Origin: Bacteroidota bacterium
GTDB taxonomy: Bacteria > Bacteroidota > Bacteroidia > NS11-12g > UBA955
Assembly: GCA_046047755.1 (NCBI GenBank)
Contig: JBJOHK010000114.1
Coordinates: 1 to 60,794, forward strand
Direction of reading: 5' to 3'
DNA: 60,794 nucleotides
In this document: piece after piece, positions 1 to 9,812 of the stretch
Layout of the letters: each line of letters begins with the position of its first letter
Position numbering within the stretch: position 1 is the stretch's first letter
The notes under the pieces: generated by a model
What the model was told of the DNA's origin: nothing
Seen by the model: only the letters and a program-made list of their open reading frames with translations
The model's database searches: none
Translations under genes and position numbers: made by a program

Positions 1-2660
1 TCAAATATGGAGGCATACTCACCATTCTTATCGCGCTCTTGAAGAATCTCCTCTACGGCTCCTTCCCCTACACCTTTTACTGCACTCAAGCCAAAACGAA
101 TTTCACCCGAAGCTGTCACCGTAAATACACTGCGACTTTCGTTCAAATCAGGACCCAAAACTTTGATTCCCATTCGCTGAGCCTCTTCCATGTAAAAAGT
201 TATCTTCTTGATATCGCCCATGTTGCTCTTGAGTACCGCCGCCATGAATTCTGCCGGGTAATGGGTTTTCAAGTAGGCCGTTTGAAAGGCGATGACGGCA
301 TAGCAGGTAGAATGCGATTTATTGAAGGCGTATTGGGCAAATTCTTCCCAGTCTGAATAGATCTTTTCGAGCACTTTTTCCGGATAGCCTTTGGCCGTAG
401 CCCCCTCCATGAATTCCGTTTTGAGTTCATCAATGATGCTCTTGTTTTTCTTACCCATGGCCTTGCGAAGGGCATCGGCCTTGCCCTTAGAAAACCCAGC
501 CAATACTTGGCTCAGCAGCATTACCTGCTCCTGGTACACCGTGATTCCATAAGTTTCCTTCAAGTAACCTTCCATCTCGGGTAGGTCGTATTCGACTGGT
601 TTCCGGCCGTGTTTTCGATCAATAAAATCAGGAATGTACTTCAGTGGACCCGGTCTGTAGAGCGCGTTCATGGCAATCAAATCGCCAAATTGGGTAGGCT
701 GCAATTCGCGCATGTACTTCTGCATGCCAGGACTTTCAAACTGAAATATGCCATTGGTTTCCCCGCGTTGAAAGAGTTCGTAGGTGGCCGTATCATCAAG
801 CGGAATATCATCCAGGACAATGTCTACCCCATGTTTGGATTTAATAAGTCCAATAGCATCTTTTAAAATGGTCAGCGTACTGAGACCCAAAAAGTCCATC
901 TTCAGTAGACCGGCTTTCTCAATTTGGTTTACATCGTATTGAACCTGCATCCAAGGGGAGTCTTTGCTGCGGGCTACGGGTACAACTTCGTCAATGTCTT
1001 TTGGGGCTATAATGATGCCGCAGGCATGCACGCCAGTATTGCGAACACTGCCTTCCAATTTTTCAGCATCTTTCAGCACTTTGGCGGCGGTATCCTGCCC
1101 AGAGTAAATCTTTTGAAGTTCTCTGATTTGCTCGATTTCTTCTGTTTTTAAGTTCTTGGAATCGTCTTTGGCAAGATCATCGGGTGAAGTGTGCAAGAGA
1201 TGTTTGAAGCCTAAGCTTCCAGGAATCAATTTCGCCAATCGGTCGGTGTCTGCCAGCGGATACTCCAAAACTCTGCCAACATCGCGTATGGCACTTTTGG
1301 CAGCCATGGTACCATAGGTCACAATTTGGGCTATTCGTCTTTCCCCGTATTTTTTGGCTACGTAATCGATGACTTTGTCTCGACCTACATCATCAAAATC
1401 GATATCGACGTCCGGCATGCTTACGCGTTCGGGGTTCAAGAATCGCTCAAACAGCAAATCGTATTTTACGGGATCAACGTTGGTGATTCCTAAGCAATAA
1501 GCGACCAAAGAGCCTGCTGCAGAACCACGACCTGGTCCCACCCATACCCCCATTTCTCTGGCAGCTGTTGTGAAGTCTTGCACGATCAAGAAGTAACCGG
1601 CATACCCGCTATGGGTGATGGTGCCCAGCTCAAATTGCAAGCGCTCTTCTACATTTTGAGGAATCACTCCTCCGTATTTCTTGCGCGCTCCTTCGCGGGC
1701 CAAATGCTCCAAATACTGATTTTGGTCTTTAAATCCTTCTGGAAGCGCATAATTGGGCAATACAATGTCACGAGCCAGTTGAGGCATAACTATACTATCC
1801 AACAAACGATTGGTATTGTCCAAGGCCTCAGGAACATCGGCAAACAAGGCTTCCATTTCAGCCTGGGTTTTGAAAAAGAATTCGTCATTCGGGAAGGCAA
1901 ATCGATAGCCTCTTCCCCCTTCTTCATTGGTGGCCTTTGGGGTAGATTGAAATTCTCCCGTATTGATGCATAGCAGAATATCGTGCGCATTGGCATCGAT
2001 CTTCTCTATGTAATGGGAATCGTTGGTGGCAATGATGGGCACATTGTACTTGCGAGCCCAAGAAATCAACGTTTGGTTGATGTCTTCTTGGTCTATACCG
2101 GTTCCATCAATGTTGCATAAGTGATGGCGCTGAAGCTCTACATAAAAATCATCGCCAAACAGTTCATGCCATTCTTTGAACAGCTCTTCTGCCGCTTCTT
2201 CGCCTTTCCACAAGATAGCTTGAGGAATTTCAGCCCCAATGCAACAAGATGTGGCAATCAGCCCCTCTTTGTATTGCTTGAGCAAGGCTTTGTCAATGCG
2301 CGGATATTTGGAATAATAGCCCTCGAGGTAACCCAGCGAACACAATTTGGCCAAATTTTCATATCCCTGTTGATTCTTAGCCAAAAGAAGCTGGTGAAAA
2401 CGCTTGTCTTTTTGACCTTGTGAAAAGGATTTTTGATGCCGGTCTTCGACCAAGTAAAATTCGCATCCGATGACAGGCATGATGCCTTGAGATTTGGCTT
2501 CTTGATAGAATTCAAAAGCGCCAAACATATTGCCATGATCGGTAATGGCCACAGCCCTCATATCATCGGCTTTAGCCTTTGAAATCAGCTTTCGTATGTT
2601 GGCCGCTCCATCCAGTAAGGAGTATTGGGTATGAACATGGAGATGCGAAAAACTTGGCAT
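1..2660 (-). CDS. dnaE: DNA polymerase III alpha subunit, N-terminal 886 codons (3' end lies beyond the left window edge)
   Basis: This gene is not in the ORF track. The reverse frame from the ATG at 2660-2658 stays open to position 1. My own translation starts MPSFSHLHVHTQYSLLDGAANI (PHP domain). It continues through GPGRGSAAGSLVAYCLGITNVDP, MPDVDIDF, KMDFLGLSTL and FNKSHSTCYA, all typical Pol III alpha motifs. All tracked minus-strand ORFs in this region are short and lie in a different frame. Confidence 0.9.
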   Translation of the reverse strand, partial: MPSFSHLHVHTQYSLLDGAANIRKLISKAKADDMRAVAITDHGNMFGAFEFYQEAKSQGIMPVIGCEFYLVEDRHQKSFSQGQKDKRFHQLLLAKNQQGYENLAKLCSLGYLEGYYSKYPRIDKALLKQYKEGLIATSCCIGAEIPQAILWKGEEAAEELFKEWHELFGDDFYVELQRHHLCNIDGTGIDQEDINQTLISWARKYNVPIIATNDSHYIEKIDANAHDILLCINTGEFQSTPKATNEEGGRGYRFAFPNDEFFFKTQAEMEALFADVPEALDNTNRLLDSIVMPQLARDIVLPNYALPEGFKDQNQYLEHLAREGARKKYGGVIPQNVEERLQFELGTITHSGYAGYFLIVQDFTTAAREMGVWVGPGRGSAAGSLVAYCLGITNVDPVKYDLLFERFLNPERVSMPDVDIDFDDVGRDKVIDYVAKKYGERRIAQIVTYGTMAAKSAIRDVGRVLEYPLADTDRLAKLIPGSLGFKHLLHTSPDDLAKDDSKNLKTEEIEQIRELQKIYSGQDTAAKVLKDAEKLEGSVRNTGVHACGIIIAPKDIDEVVPVARSKDSPWMQVQYDVNQIEKAGLLKMDFLGLSTLTILKDAIGLIKSKHGVDIVLDDIPLDDTATYELFQRGETNGIFQFESPGMQKYMRELQPTQFGDLIAMNALYRPGPLKYIPDFIDRKHGRKPVEYDLPEMEGYLKETYGITVYQEQVMLLSQVLAGFSKGKADALRKAMGKKNKSIIDELKTEFMEGATAKGYPEKVLEKIYSDWEEFAQYAFNKSHSTCYAVIAFQTAYLKTHYPAEFMAAVLKSNMGDIKKITFYMEEAQRMGIKVLGPDLNESRSVFTVTASGEIRFGLSAVKGVGEGAVEEILQERDKNGEYASIF

Positions 2661-2672
2661 TTTCTTGGTGAA

Positions 2673-3176
2673 TTAACGGTATTCGTAAACGATGGTATCT
2701 CCTTTACGCCCATCGCTCTCCCAATGCACATTCCAGAGCAGTTGATTGTTTTCGTATTCGCCGCATTCCTTAACACTACCATCTTGATAATAGGATTTGT
2801 AGGCTCCATGGAAGAAAGCGGCTCCCGTGCCCTCATTGACTTGTTTGCCAAAGCGGGCCATACGCTGCCCTGAGGGGTAATAGTTTTCTTGCCACAACTC
2901 CTGCCCTTTTCCATTGTACCAATGAACCGACTGGAGTTCTTCTTGCCGATTGAATTCTAGAATGACCTTTGCGGTGTCGGCCAAGTAGTATCGCTTTCCA
3001 AACAGCGTACTGTCGCTGCGGTATTCGACATCAACGATGGCTCCACTAGCCTTGGAAATACTATCAAAATCTTGGACATGAAACACATAGGGTTCTGCAT
3101 CTGGCCGTGAAGAAGAATCTCCACAAGAAACCAGAACCGAAAGCAGTGCCATTCCCGTAAAAAGCGCTTTTCGCAT
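2673..3176 (-). CDS. Small lipoprotein with MORN-variant (YwqK-like) repeats
   Basis: The track ORF 2673..3185 starts at TTG. The ATG at 3176 gives MRKALFTGMALLSVLVSCGDSS, a signal peptide plus lipobox Cys. The C-terminal part has G-x-Y/W-x-YY-xxG repeats (YYPSGQ.., YYQDGSVKECGEYENN). Confidence 0.6.
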   Translation of the reverse strand: MRKALFTGMALLSVLVSCGDSSSRPDAEPYVFHVQDFDSISKASGAIVDVEYRSDSTLFGKRYYLADTAKVILEFNRQEELQSVHWYNGKGQELWQENYYPSGQRMARFGKQVNEGTGAAFFHGAYKSYYQDGSVKECGEYENNQLLWNVHWESDGRKGDTIVYEYR

Positions 3177-3254
3177 ACCCTGCAAGTTAGGCCTACTCGA
3201 AGCCTCACTTCAAGTTTCCCATCAACAAGTCATGCACGAGTTATCCCAAGGCTT

Positions 3255-3262
3255 TATTTTTG
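3255..3262 (+). promoter_or_regulatory. Candidate Bacteroidota sigma-A -7 box (TATTTTTG = TAnnTTTG) for recF
   Basis: Exact match to TAnnTTTG, ending 3 nt before the recF ATG at 3266. It lies in the divergent intergenic region. Confidence 0.3.
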
Positions 3263-3265
3263 CGC

Positions 3266-4336
3266 ATGCTCCTGAAAACACTGCAATTGTTCAACTTCAA
3301 AAACCACGCAGACCTGCGCTTGGATTTTAAGCCCGGAATCAATGCAATTACAGGTTCTAATGGAAGCGGCAAAACCAATGTATTGGATGCCATTTTCTTT
3401 CTATCAAACGGCAAAAGCTTTTTCAATTCAATAGACAGCCAATTGGTAAAAATGAATGCCGATTATTTTAGCATTCATGGTTGGTTTGAAGAAGATGTAG
3501 ACATTTTGGTTCAATTTGATACCCATCGCAAGAAAACCATCAAGCGCAATGAAAAGGCCTACAAACGATTGATCGATCATATCGGCTACCTGCAAACGGT
3601 ATTTATTACGCCTTATGACATTGCTTTGGTCAATGAAGGGAGTGAAGAACGCAGGCGCTTTGTCGATTTCACCCTGTGCCAAACCTCGCCAACCTATTTA
3701 CAGGCATTGAGTCAATACAAGAAAGCATTAGATGCGAGAAATGCTCTTTTGAAAGCAGCCGAAGGTCGAGCCTTAGACCCGATTTTATTGGAAGCCTATG
3801 ACGATAAATTGGCGGGACCTGGCCAATACATAGCCAAGGCCAGGGCGGAATTTTCTACCGAGTTTTTCGATAGACTCAATGCCGTCTGGAATCATTTATC
3901 GGGGCCCAACGATGAACTAAAATGGACGTACGAATCACAATGGTCTGAACCCCTGTCCTACAGGTCTTTTCTCGCCGAAGCACACGCCCAAGATTGTCGT
4001 GCCGGCCGAAGCACCAGAGGCATACACAAAGACGACTGGATATTCGAACTCAATGGGCAATCCCTCAAACGAATGGGGTCACAGGGTCAAATCAAGAGCG
4101 CCATCATTGCCATAAAGCTGGCTCAATTCGATTATTTCGAGATAAAAACAGGCAAAACACCCGTCCTTTTGTTGGATGACATTTTTGAAAAGATTGATAA
4201 GCAGAGAGCCGATGCCCTAATTCAATGGGTAGGTAGTGGTAGAATGCCCCAAATTTTCATCACTGACACCCATTATGAGCGCATTCGGTCTCATACCGAA
4301 CAATTGGGACTGGAACTCAGTCAGCACCACCTGTAG
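3266..4336 (+). CDS. recF: DNA replication and repair protein RecF
   Basis: MLLKTLQLFNFKNH...INAITGSNGSGKTNVLDAI contains the Walker A motif, and LLLDDIFEKID is the Walker B-like motif. The track start 3260 is TTG and lies inside the -7 box, so I prefer the ATG at 3266. Confidence 0.9.
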   Translation: MLLKTLQLFNFKNHADLRLDFKPGINAITGSNGSGKTNVLDAIFFLSNGKSFFNSIDSQLVKMNADYFSIHGWFEEDVDILVQFDTHRKKTIKRNEKAYKRLIDHIGYLQTVFITPYDIALVNEGSEERRRFVDFTLCQTSPTYLQALSQYKKALDARNALLKAAEGRALDPILLEAYDDKLAGPGQYIAKARAEFSTEFFDRLNAVWNHLSGPNDELKWTYESQWSEPLSYRSFLAEAHAQDCRAGRSTRGIHKDDWIFELNGQSLKRMGSQGQIKSAIIAIKLAQFDYFEIKTGKTPVLLLDDIFEKIDKQRADALIQWVGSGRMPQIFITDTHYERIRSHTEQLGLELSQHHL

Positions 4337-4339
4337 AGG

Positions 4340-5548
4340 TTACATAAACAATCCGACCAATAGATCCATGTCGCTGTAGCGAAGCCCGCAGCGATCGGCC
4401 AATTGTTTGTGGGTAATGTTTCCGCGGTACAAATAGGTTCCTTTTCGCACATGGGCTCTAGAACGCAACAGATGACTAAATCCGCCCTCTTTGTTCATTT
4501 CATCTAGCATGGGAGCCAAAACATTGCTCAACGAATACGAAGCCGTGCGGCTGTATCGACTTCCAATATTGGGAACACAATAGTGCAAAACGCCGTGCTT
4601 CTCGAAAACGGGATTGTTGTGATTGCACAATTCACTGGTTTCGAAATTGCCACCCTTGTCAATGGCCACATCGATAATGACACTACCCTGCTTCATGGAC
4701 ATGACCATTTCTTCGCTCACCACCATGGGCGAGCGTGATTCTTTTCCTGCCAAAGCTCCAACCACTACGTCGGCCCTTCTGATGGCCTTTTCCAATGCCT
4801 GCGGATGCAAGGTGCTGGAAAAAAGGTTTTGACTGGACATACCATGAATGCGGCGCAAACGATAGGTGTCATTGTCAAACAGAAACACATTGGCTCCTAA
4901 GCCCATCGCCGTTTTAGTAGCGTATTCACCAACCGCACCGGCACCAATGACTACCACTTGCGTAGGGGGTATACCGGGCAATCCGCCCAACAACTCTCCC
5001 TTACCCTGATCTTGACTATTTAGCAATTCACTGGCAATCAAGATGGAAGCCCTTCCCGCCATTTCACTCATGGCACGAATGATGGGCTTGGCGCCTGATT
5101 CATCTTCCAGCATTTCATAGGCCATGGCATTCACTTTTTTCTCCTGAAGCAGCTTGATCAAATCAGTGTCCAACTGATTCCATTGCAAAGCCGAAATCAA
5201 TAACTGCCCGCTGCGCATGAGTTCAATTTCCTGTCGAGTAGGAAAATCAACTTTTAAAACGGTGTCGCATGAAAAAATGGCTTTTTGATCGGTGCTGATC
5301 TCAGCTCCAGCCTCTGAATATTGACGATCTGAAAATTGGGCAGAATCTCCAGCTCCCGATTCTAGAATAACCCGAATTCCGTTATTGGTAAAGTAGCGAA
5401 CAGCCGAGGGAGCCAGCGCAATACGCTTTTCCTGCAAGGTGGTTTCTTTTGGCAAGCCCAAGCTCATGGTACCGCTTTTTTCTAGGGTCGATTGCAGTTT
5501 GGGTTGGGGCTGCAATGAAGCTTCAGAAGGACTCGATGCGGTATTCAT
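4340..5548 (-). CDS. ald: Alanine dehydrogenase / PNT-family NAD-dependent dehydrogenase
   Basis: The LGLPKETTLQEKRIALAPSAV N-terminal domain and the Rossmann motif VVVIGAGAVGEYATKTAMGLGANVFLFD support the family call. An alternative ATG at 5467 would remove a 27-aa low-complexity N-terminal extension. Confidence 0.75.
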   Translation of the reverse strand: MNTASSPSEASLQPQPKLQSTLEKSGTMSLGLPKETTLQEKRIALAPSAVRYFTNNGIRVILESGAGDSAQFSDRQYSEAGAEISTDQKAIFSCDTVLKVDFPTRQEIELMRSGQLLISALQWNQLDTDLIKLLQEKKVNAMAYEMLEDESGAKPIIRAMSEMAGRASILIASELLNSQDQGKGELLGGLPGIPPTQVVVIGAGAVGEYATKTAMGLGANVFLFDNDTYRLRRIHGMSSQNLFSSTLHPQALEKAIRRADVVVGALAGKESRSPMVVSEEMVMSMKQGSVIIDVAIDKGGNFETSELCNHNNPVFEKHGVLHYCVPNIGSRYSRTASYSLSNVLAPMLDEMNKEGGFSHLLRSRAHVRKGTYLYRGNITHKQLADRCGLRYSDMDLLVGLFM

Positions 5549-5709
5549 GTTGTTTTATGCGCTATGGTGCTTGTTTTCAGATGGTTAGACAAGTAATCAA
5601 CAGAGCCTGTGATGAAATACAAATATAAGATTTTGGACTTTACGCTCACTTAGTGAAATCTTTGAATGAATTGGCATTCAGGCATTGTTTTTGCTTGCCA
5701 AATAGACTC

Positions 5710-6906
5710 ATGAATTTAAAAGGAATCACTATTGCGTGGATGATGGCTGGCTCATGCCTTATGGCCCAGGCTCCAGTTCCACCCGCTTACGCATTAAATT
5801 CATTGAATCGCATCGATAGTTTGACCTTGGAATTACTTGAAGAGATTCCCTGTCACCAACCCAGCTTAGCGCATTGGGACAGCACGGCTCGGAACGAGGA
5901 ATTGAGCGCGAATTTTGAGTCCAAAATGAGTCTGCTCTGTTCAGACATTCCCTACCAATACCACAGTTTGGTCCAAAAATACATTGACTTTTACAGCCGT
6001 TTGGGCGAATCCTATTGGAACAATCTACATGGCAGAATGGCCACATATTTCCCTCTGTTTGAAGAGACTTTAGACCGGAATAATCTGCCTATTGATCTAA
6101 AATATGTCAGCATCATAGAAAGCAACTTGAACCCCAACGCAGTTTCGTGGTGCGGCGCCACTGGCCTATGGCAATTTATGCCCTACACCGCCAAAGGCAT
6201 GGGCATGCAGATCACCCCACAAGTAGATGAGCGCAAAAGCATCATAGAAGCCACAGAAATGGCTTGTCAGTATTTCCTTCAATCACAGGCATTGTTTGAT
6301 GATTGGCTCATGAGCATCGCATCTTACAATTGTGGCGCAGGCAATGTCAAAAAGGCCATTCGCTACAGTGGGGGCAAAACCTCATTCTGGGACATTATGC
6401 CCTTTCTGCCTAAGGAAACCCAGTCGTATGTTCCAAAATTCATTGCCGTAGCCTATGTATTGAATTTCACCGAGCACGCTTTTCATGAGCAAAACTACGA
6501 GAGTGAGGTATTGGTTATCAGAGACATAGATCAAAGTCTGAGTTTGCCCAAATTGGCCTCATACTTGGGCACTGAGTCGGAGAGCATTACGGCTTTTAAC
6601 CGGCATTTTTTAGCTGAAAATACGCATTTATCAAATGGAGCTAAGTTGGTATTGCCCTACCAGTTGAATATGAATTTTTGTTCTGATTACGACAGTTCCT
6701 GCGTTCATGCAGTGCTTGGACCTGATGACCTAAACAAGGTTGCCGTGGTGTCGAGCAGCAAAACTGTTACCCATGTAGTCAGTTCGGGCCAAACGTTGAG
6801 TTATATAGCGCGACGATATGGAGTGAGCGTATCTCAAATCAAAACTTGGAATCACTTGAGAAGCGATATTATTCGGGTAGGACAACGATTGATCATTTAT
6901 CGATGA
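5710..6906 (+). CDS. Lytic murein transglycosylase (SLT domain) with C-terminal LysM domain, MltD-like
   Basis: ESNLNPNAVSWCGATGLWQFMPYTA is the SLT catalytic motif. HVVSSGQTLSYIARRYGVSVSQIKTWNHL...VGQRLIIY is a LysM domain. The ATG at 5710 gives the signal peptide MNLKGITIAWMMAGSCLMAQA. The track start 5653 is GTG. Confidence 0.8.
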   Translation: MNLKGITIAWMMAGSCLMAQAPVPPAYALNSLNRIDSLTLELLEEIPCHQPSLAHWDSTARNEELSANFESKMSLLCSDIPYQYHSLVQKYIDFYSRLGESYWNNLHGRMATYFPLFEETLDRNNLPIDLKYVSIIESNLNPNAVSWCGATGLWQFMPYTAKGMGMQITPQVDERKSIIEATEMACQYFLQSQALFDDWLMSIASYNCGAGNVKKAIRYSGGKTSFWDIMPFLPKETQSYVPKFIAVAYVLNFTEHAFHEQNYESEVLVIRDIDQSLSLPKLASYLGTESESITAFNRHFLAENTHLSNGAKLVLPYQLNMNFCSDYDSSCVHAVLGPDDLNKVAVVSSSKTVTHVVSSGQTLSYIARRYGVSVSQIKTWNHLRSDIIRVGQRLIIYR

Positions 6907-7478
6907 ATACACCGTCTATCGTTATTTGGGCTTCAGGTAGTGGCAGCAATGCAGAAAACATCATTCGGCAATTGCACCCCCATAAAGTCTGTGTCAAAGC
7001 CATTTACTGCAACAACAAGAACGCTGGGGTTTTGGATCGCGCTCATCGACTGGGTATTCCTGTAAGATTGATCGAAAATTCGGACTTACAAGAAACCTCT
7101 AGGCTTGATCATTTTTTGGCATTGGACCAACCTCAATTGATAGTTTTGGCTGGATTTCTGAGGAAATTCCCAGCCCGCCTGTTAAATCGCTTTAAGGCAA
7201 TAAACCTACACCCCGCTTTGCTCCCCAATTATGGAGGGAAAGGTATGTACGGGCATCATGTTCATGAAGCCGTCATCGCCGCTGGGGAGAGGGAAAGCGG
7301 AATCACTTTTCACTGGGTCAATGAAGAATACGATGATGGGGCCATTATAGCTCAGTTCACCTGTTCCATTTCAGAAATAGATACACCCGAAACATTGGCG
7401 CAGTCCATTCACGAACTCGAGCAGAATCATTTCCCAAATGTACTGCTGTCTATATTCGCAAACTCCTTCAAATCATGA
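6903..7478 (+). CDS. purN: Phosphoribosylglycinamide formyltransferase
   Basis: IVIWASGSGSNAENII, LIVLAGFLRKFP and INLHPALLPNYGGKGMYGHHVH are PurN motifs. The ATG at 6903 overlaps the upstream stop codon (ATGA). Confidence 0.85.
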   Translation: MNTPSIVIWASGSGSNAENIIRQLHPHKVCVKAIYCNNKNAGVLDRAHRLGIPVRLIENSDLQETSRLDHFLALDQPQLIVLAGFLRKFPARLLNRFKAINLHPALLPNYGGKGMYGHHVHEAVIAAGERESGITFHWVNEEYDDGAIIAQFTCSISEIDTPETLAQSIHELEQNHFPNVLLSIFANSFKS

Positions 7479-8629
7479 ATTCGAAACACATCGAAACCCA
7501 AGTTCTGCACGCTGGAATTCAGCCTGACCCTACCACAGGAGCCATCATGACTCCTATCTTTCAGACTAGCACCTATGTTCAGGCAGGTCCTGGGGATCAC
7601 AAGGGTTACGAATATGCACGAACCCAGAATCCCACGAGAGATGCCTTGCAAAACAATTTGGCGGCGCTAGAAGGAGCCTCTCATGGACTGTGTTTTTCAA
7701 CAGGAATGGGAGCCGTAGATGCCTGCATCAAGTTGCTTCAACCCGGCGATGAAGTGATTGCTACCAACGATTTATACGGAGGGACTTATCGCATCTTTAC
7801 AAAGGTGTTTGAACCATTGGGTATCAAATTCCATTTTGTAGACATGTCGAAGCCTGAAGAAGTCCGGGCTAAACTCAACGAAAAAACTCGAATGGTTTGG
7901 GTAGAGACTCCTACTAATCCGCTATTGAGAATCATAGACATAGAGGCCGTTGCTTCCATAGGTCATGAAGCCAACGCTATTGTGGTCGTCGACAACACAT
8001 TCAGTTCACCCTACTTACAAAATCCTTTGAAATGGGGGGCTGATTTGATCATGCATTCGGCCACCAAATACATCAATGGACACAGCGATGTAGTAATGGG
8101 TGTATTGATTACCGATAACGATGAGCTTCACCAGCGCCTGGCTTTTTTGCAAAACACGTGTGGAGCGACACCCGGGCCGCAAGATTGCTTCTTAGTGCTA
8201 CGCGGTATAAAAACCCTACACATTCGCATGCAACGACACTGCGAGAATGGCAGAACCGTAGCTCAGTTTTTGGCTGATCACCCCAAAGTGGGCGAAGTTC
8301 ACTGGCCAGGGTTTGAGCATCACCCCAATCATGCCGTCGCTAAGAAACAAATGCGCGATTTTGGAGGCATGATTAGCTTCACTCTCAAAGATGATGATAT
8401 CGAAAAAGCCGTTACCGTATTGAAAAGCACCCAGTACTTTGCCTTGGCTGAAAGTCTAGGTGGAGTGGAGAGTTTGATCGGTCACCCAGCGACCATGACC
8501 CATGCGAGCATTCCCCGTGAGCAGCGAATGGCCAATGGCTTGAAAGACAGTTTGATTCGTTTGAGCGTAGGCATTGAACACATCGATGATTTGATTGCCG
8601 ATTTGAGCAGGGCTCTAGATCGGGTTTGA
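7475..8629 (+). CDS. Cys/Met-metabolism PLP-dependent enzyme (cystathionine gamma-synthase / beta- or gamma-lyase family)
   Basis: Supporting features are the TPIFQTSTY N-terminal motif, the PLP-lysine motif SATKYINGHSDVVMG, and the C-terminal SLGGVESLIGHPATMTHA. The specific reaction cannot be assigned from sequence alone. Confidence 0.85.
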   Translation: MNSKHIETQVLHAGIQPDPTTGAIMTPIFQTSTYVQAGPGDHKGYEYARTQNPTRDALQNNLAALEGASHGLCFSTGMGAVDACIKLLQPGDEVIATNDLYGGTYRIFTKVFEPLGIKFHFVDMSKPEEVRAKLNEKTRMVWVETPTNPLLRIIDIEAVASIGHEANAIVVVDNTFSSPYLQNPLKWGADLIMHSATKYINGHSDVVMGVLITDNDELHQRLAFLQNTCGATPGPQDCFLVLRGIKTLHIRMQRHCENGRTVAQFLADHPKVGEVHWPGFEHHPNHAVAKKQMRDFGGMISFTLKDDDIEKAVTVLKSTQYFALAESLGGVESLIGHPATMTHASIPREQRMANGLKDSLIRLSVGIEHIDDLIADLSRALDRV

Positions 8630-9399
8630 TGCGTAAAGCCCAGCTAAAAAATCTTCTCGACGAAGCTGTTTTACGGCATAACAGCTGGGAGTTCATCGAG
8701 TGGGATCCCATTCGTATTCCGCATTCCTTTCGCAGGGTCCAAGACATAGAAATTGCCGGCTTTTTCAGCGCCTTGTTGGCCTGGGGAGCTCGAGCGAGTA
8801 TAATCAAAAGTGCAGAGCGCTTGATGGACCTCATGGATAGAGCTCCTCATGATTTTGTCATGCAAGCGCATCAAGGAGAGATTGATTTTGTTCACAGAAC
8901 TTTTAATAGTTCAGATTTGGCTCATTTAATCGCTTTTTTGCGTTATCATTACTCTCGATACGAAAGTTTAGAAGACGCCTTCCTGGTAAACGGAAAATTT
9001 GAAGCCCACGAATCGCTTTCTCATTTTCATCAATACGTATTTGAGGCGCCCATACACCCACCCTTTCGAACTCGAAAACACATCGCCAATCCAGAAGCGG
9101 GAAGTGCGTGCAAGCGTTTGAATATGTTCCTTCGTTGGATGGTAAGAAAAGATGGGGCTGGCGTAGACTTTGGCTTGTGGTCTAGAATTGCCATGTCTCA
9201 ATTGTATATGCCCTTAGATGTTCATGTTCAGCGAATTTCTCACGAATTGGGCTTGTTGAAACGAACCCAGAGTGATTGGAAAGCTTGCCGTGAATTGACC
9301 TTGGCGTTAAGAGAATTCGATGCCTTCGATCCAGTTCGATATGATTTTGCTTTGTTCGGCCTTGGCTTGGATTCGAAATTGCAACCAAAGTCACATTAG
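8629..9399 (+). CDS. Conserved hypothetical protein, TIGR02757/DUF2400-like
   Basis: The ORF is 256 aa and its ATG at 8629 overlaps the upstream stop (TGATG). The family call rests on my recall of DP(I/V)xFPH..., ALLAWG and LDVHV-type motifs. The track start 8626 is TTG. Confidence 0.55.
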   Translation: MRKAQLKNLLDEAVLRHNSWEFIEWDPIRIPHSFRRVQDIEIAGFFSALLAWGARASIIKSAERLMDLMDRAPHDFVMQAHQGEIDFVHRTFNSSDLAHLIAFLRYHYSRYESLEDAFLVNGKFEAHESLSHFHQYVFEAPIHPPFRTRKHIANPEAGSACKRLNMFLRWMVRKDGAGVDFGLWSRIAMSQLYMPLDVHVQRISHELGLLKRTQSDWKACRELTLALREFDAFDPVRYDFALFGLGLDSKLQPKSH

Positions 9400-9416
9400 G
9401 TTCGTTTGCTTTGTTG

Positions 9417-9424
9417 TAAATTTG
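9417..9424 (+). promoter_or_regulatory. Candidate -7 box (TAAATTTG) for trxA
   Basis: Exact TAnnTTTG match ending 7 nt before the trxA ATG at 9432. A TTTG lies upstream at 9405-9408. Confidence 0.3.
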
Positions 9425-9431
9425 AATCATT

Positions 9432-9752
9432 ATGGCACATACATTTACTAGCAGCAATTTTCAAGACACCGTTTTGAATTCAGATAAGCCTGTATTGGTT
9501 GATTTTTGGGCAGAATGGTGCGGTCCTTGTCGCATGATTGGTCCCGTTGTTGAAGAAATTGCAAATGAATACGAAGGCCGCGCGGTAATCGGAAAATTGA
9601 ATGTCGATGAAAATCCTGAAATCGCTGGCAACTATGGGGTTCGCTCCATTCCTACTCTGTTGATTTTCAAAGGCGGTGAGGTCGTTGATAAAATTGTCGG
9701 TGCTGTTCCCAAGCCTGCCATCACTAGCAAAATCGAAGCCCAGTTGGGGTAA
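9432..9752 (+). CDS. trxA: Thioredoxin
   Basis: The protein is 106 aa with the active site [11 protein letters not shown] and the typical [10 protein letters not shown] motif. Confidence 0.92.
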   Translation: MAHTFTSSNFQDTVLNSDKPVLVDFWAEWCGPCRMIGPVVEEIANEYEGRAVIGKLNVDENPEIAGNYGVRSIPTLLIFKGGEVVDKIVGAVPKPAITSKIEAQLG

Positions 9753-9770
9753 TTTGATAAAATCTTACAA

Positions 9771-9799
9771 AAAAGCCGGACTTGTTCCGGCTTTTTTTA
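9771..9799 (+). terminator. Rho-independent terminator after trxA
   Basis: The hairpin is AAGCCGGA-cttg-TTCCGGCTT and is followed by a run of 7 T. Confidence 0.7.
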
Positions 9800-9812
9800 T
9801 GAATTTCCCGCA

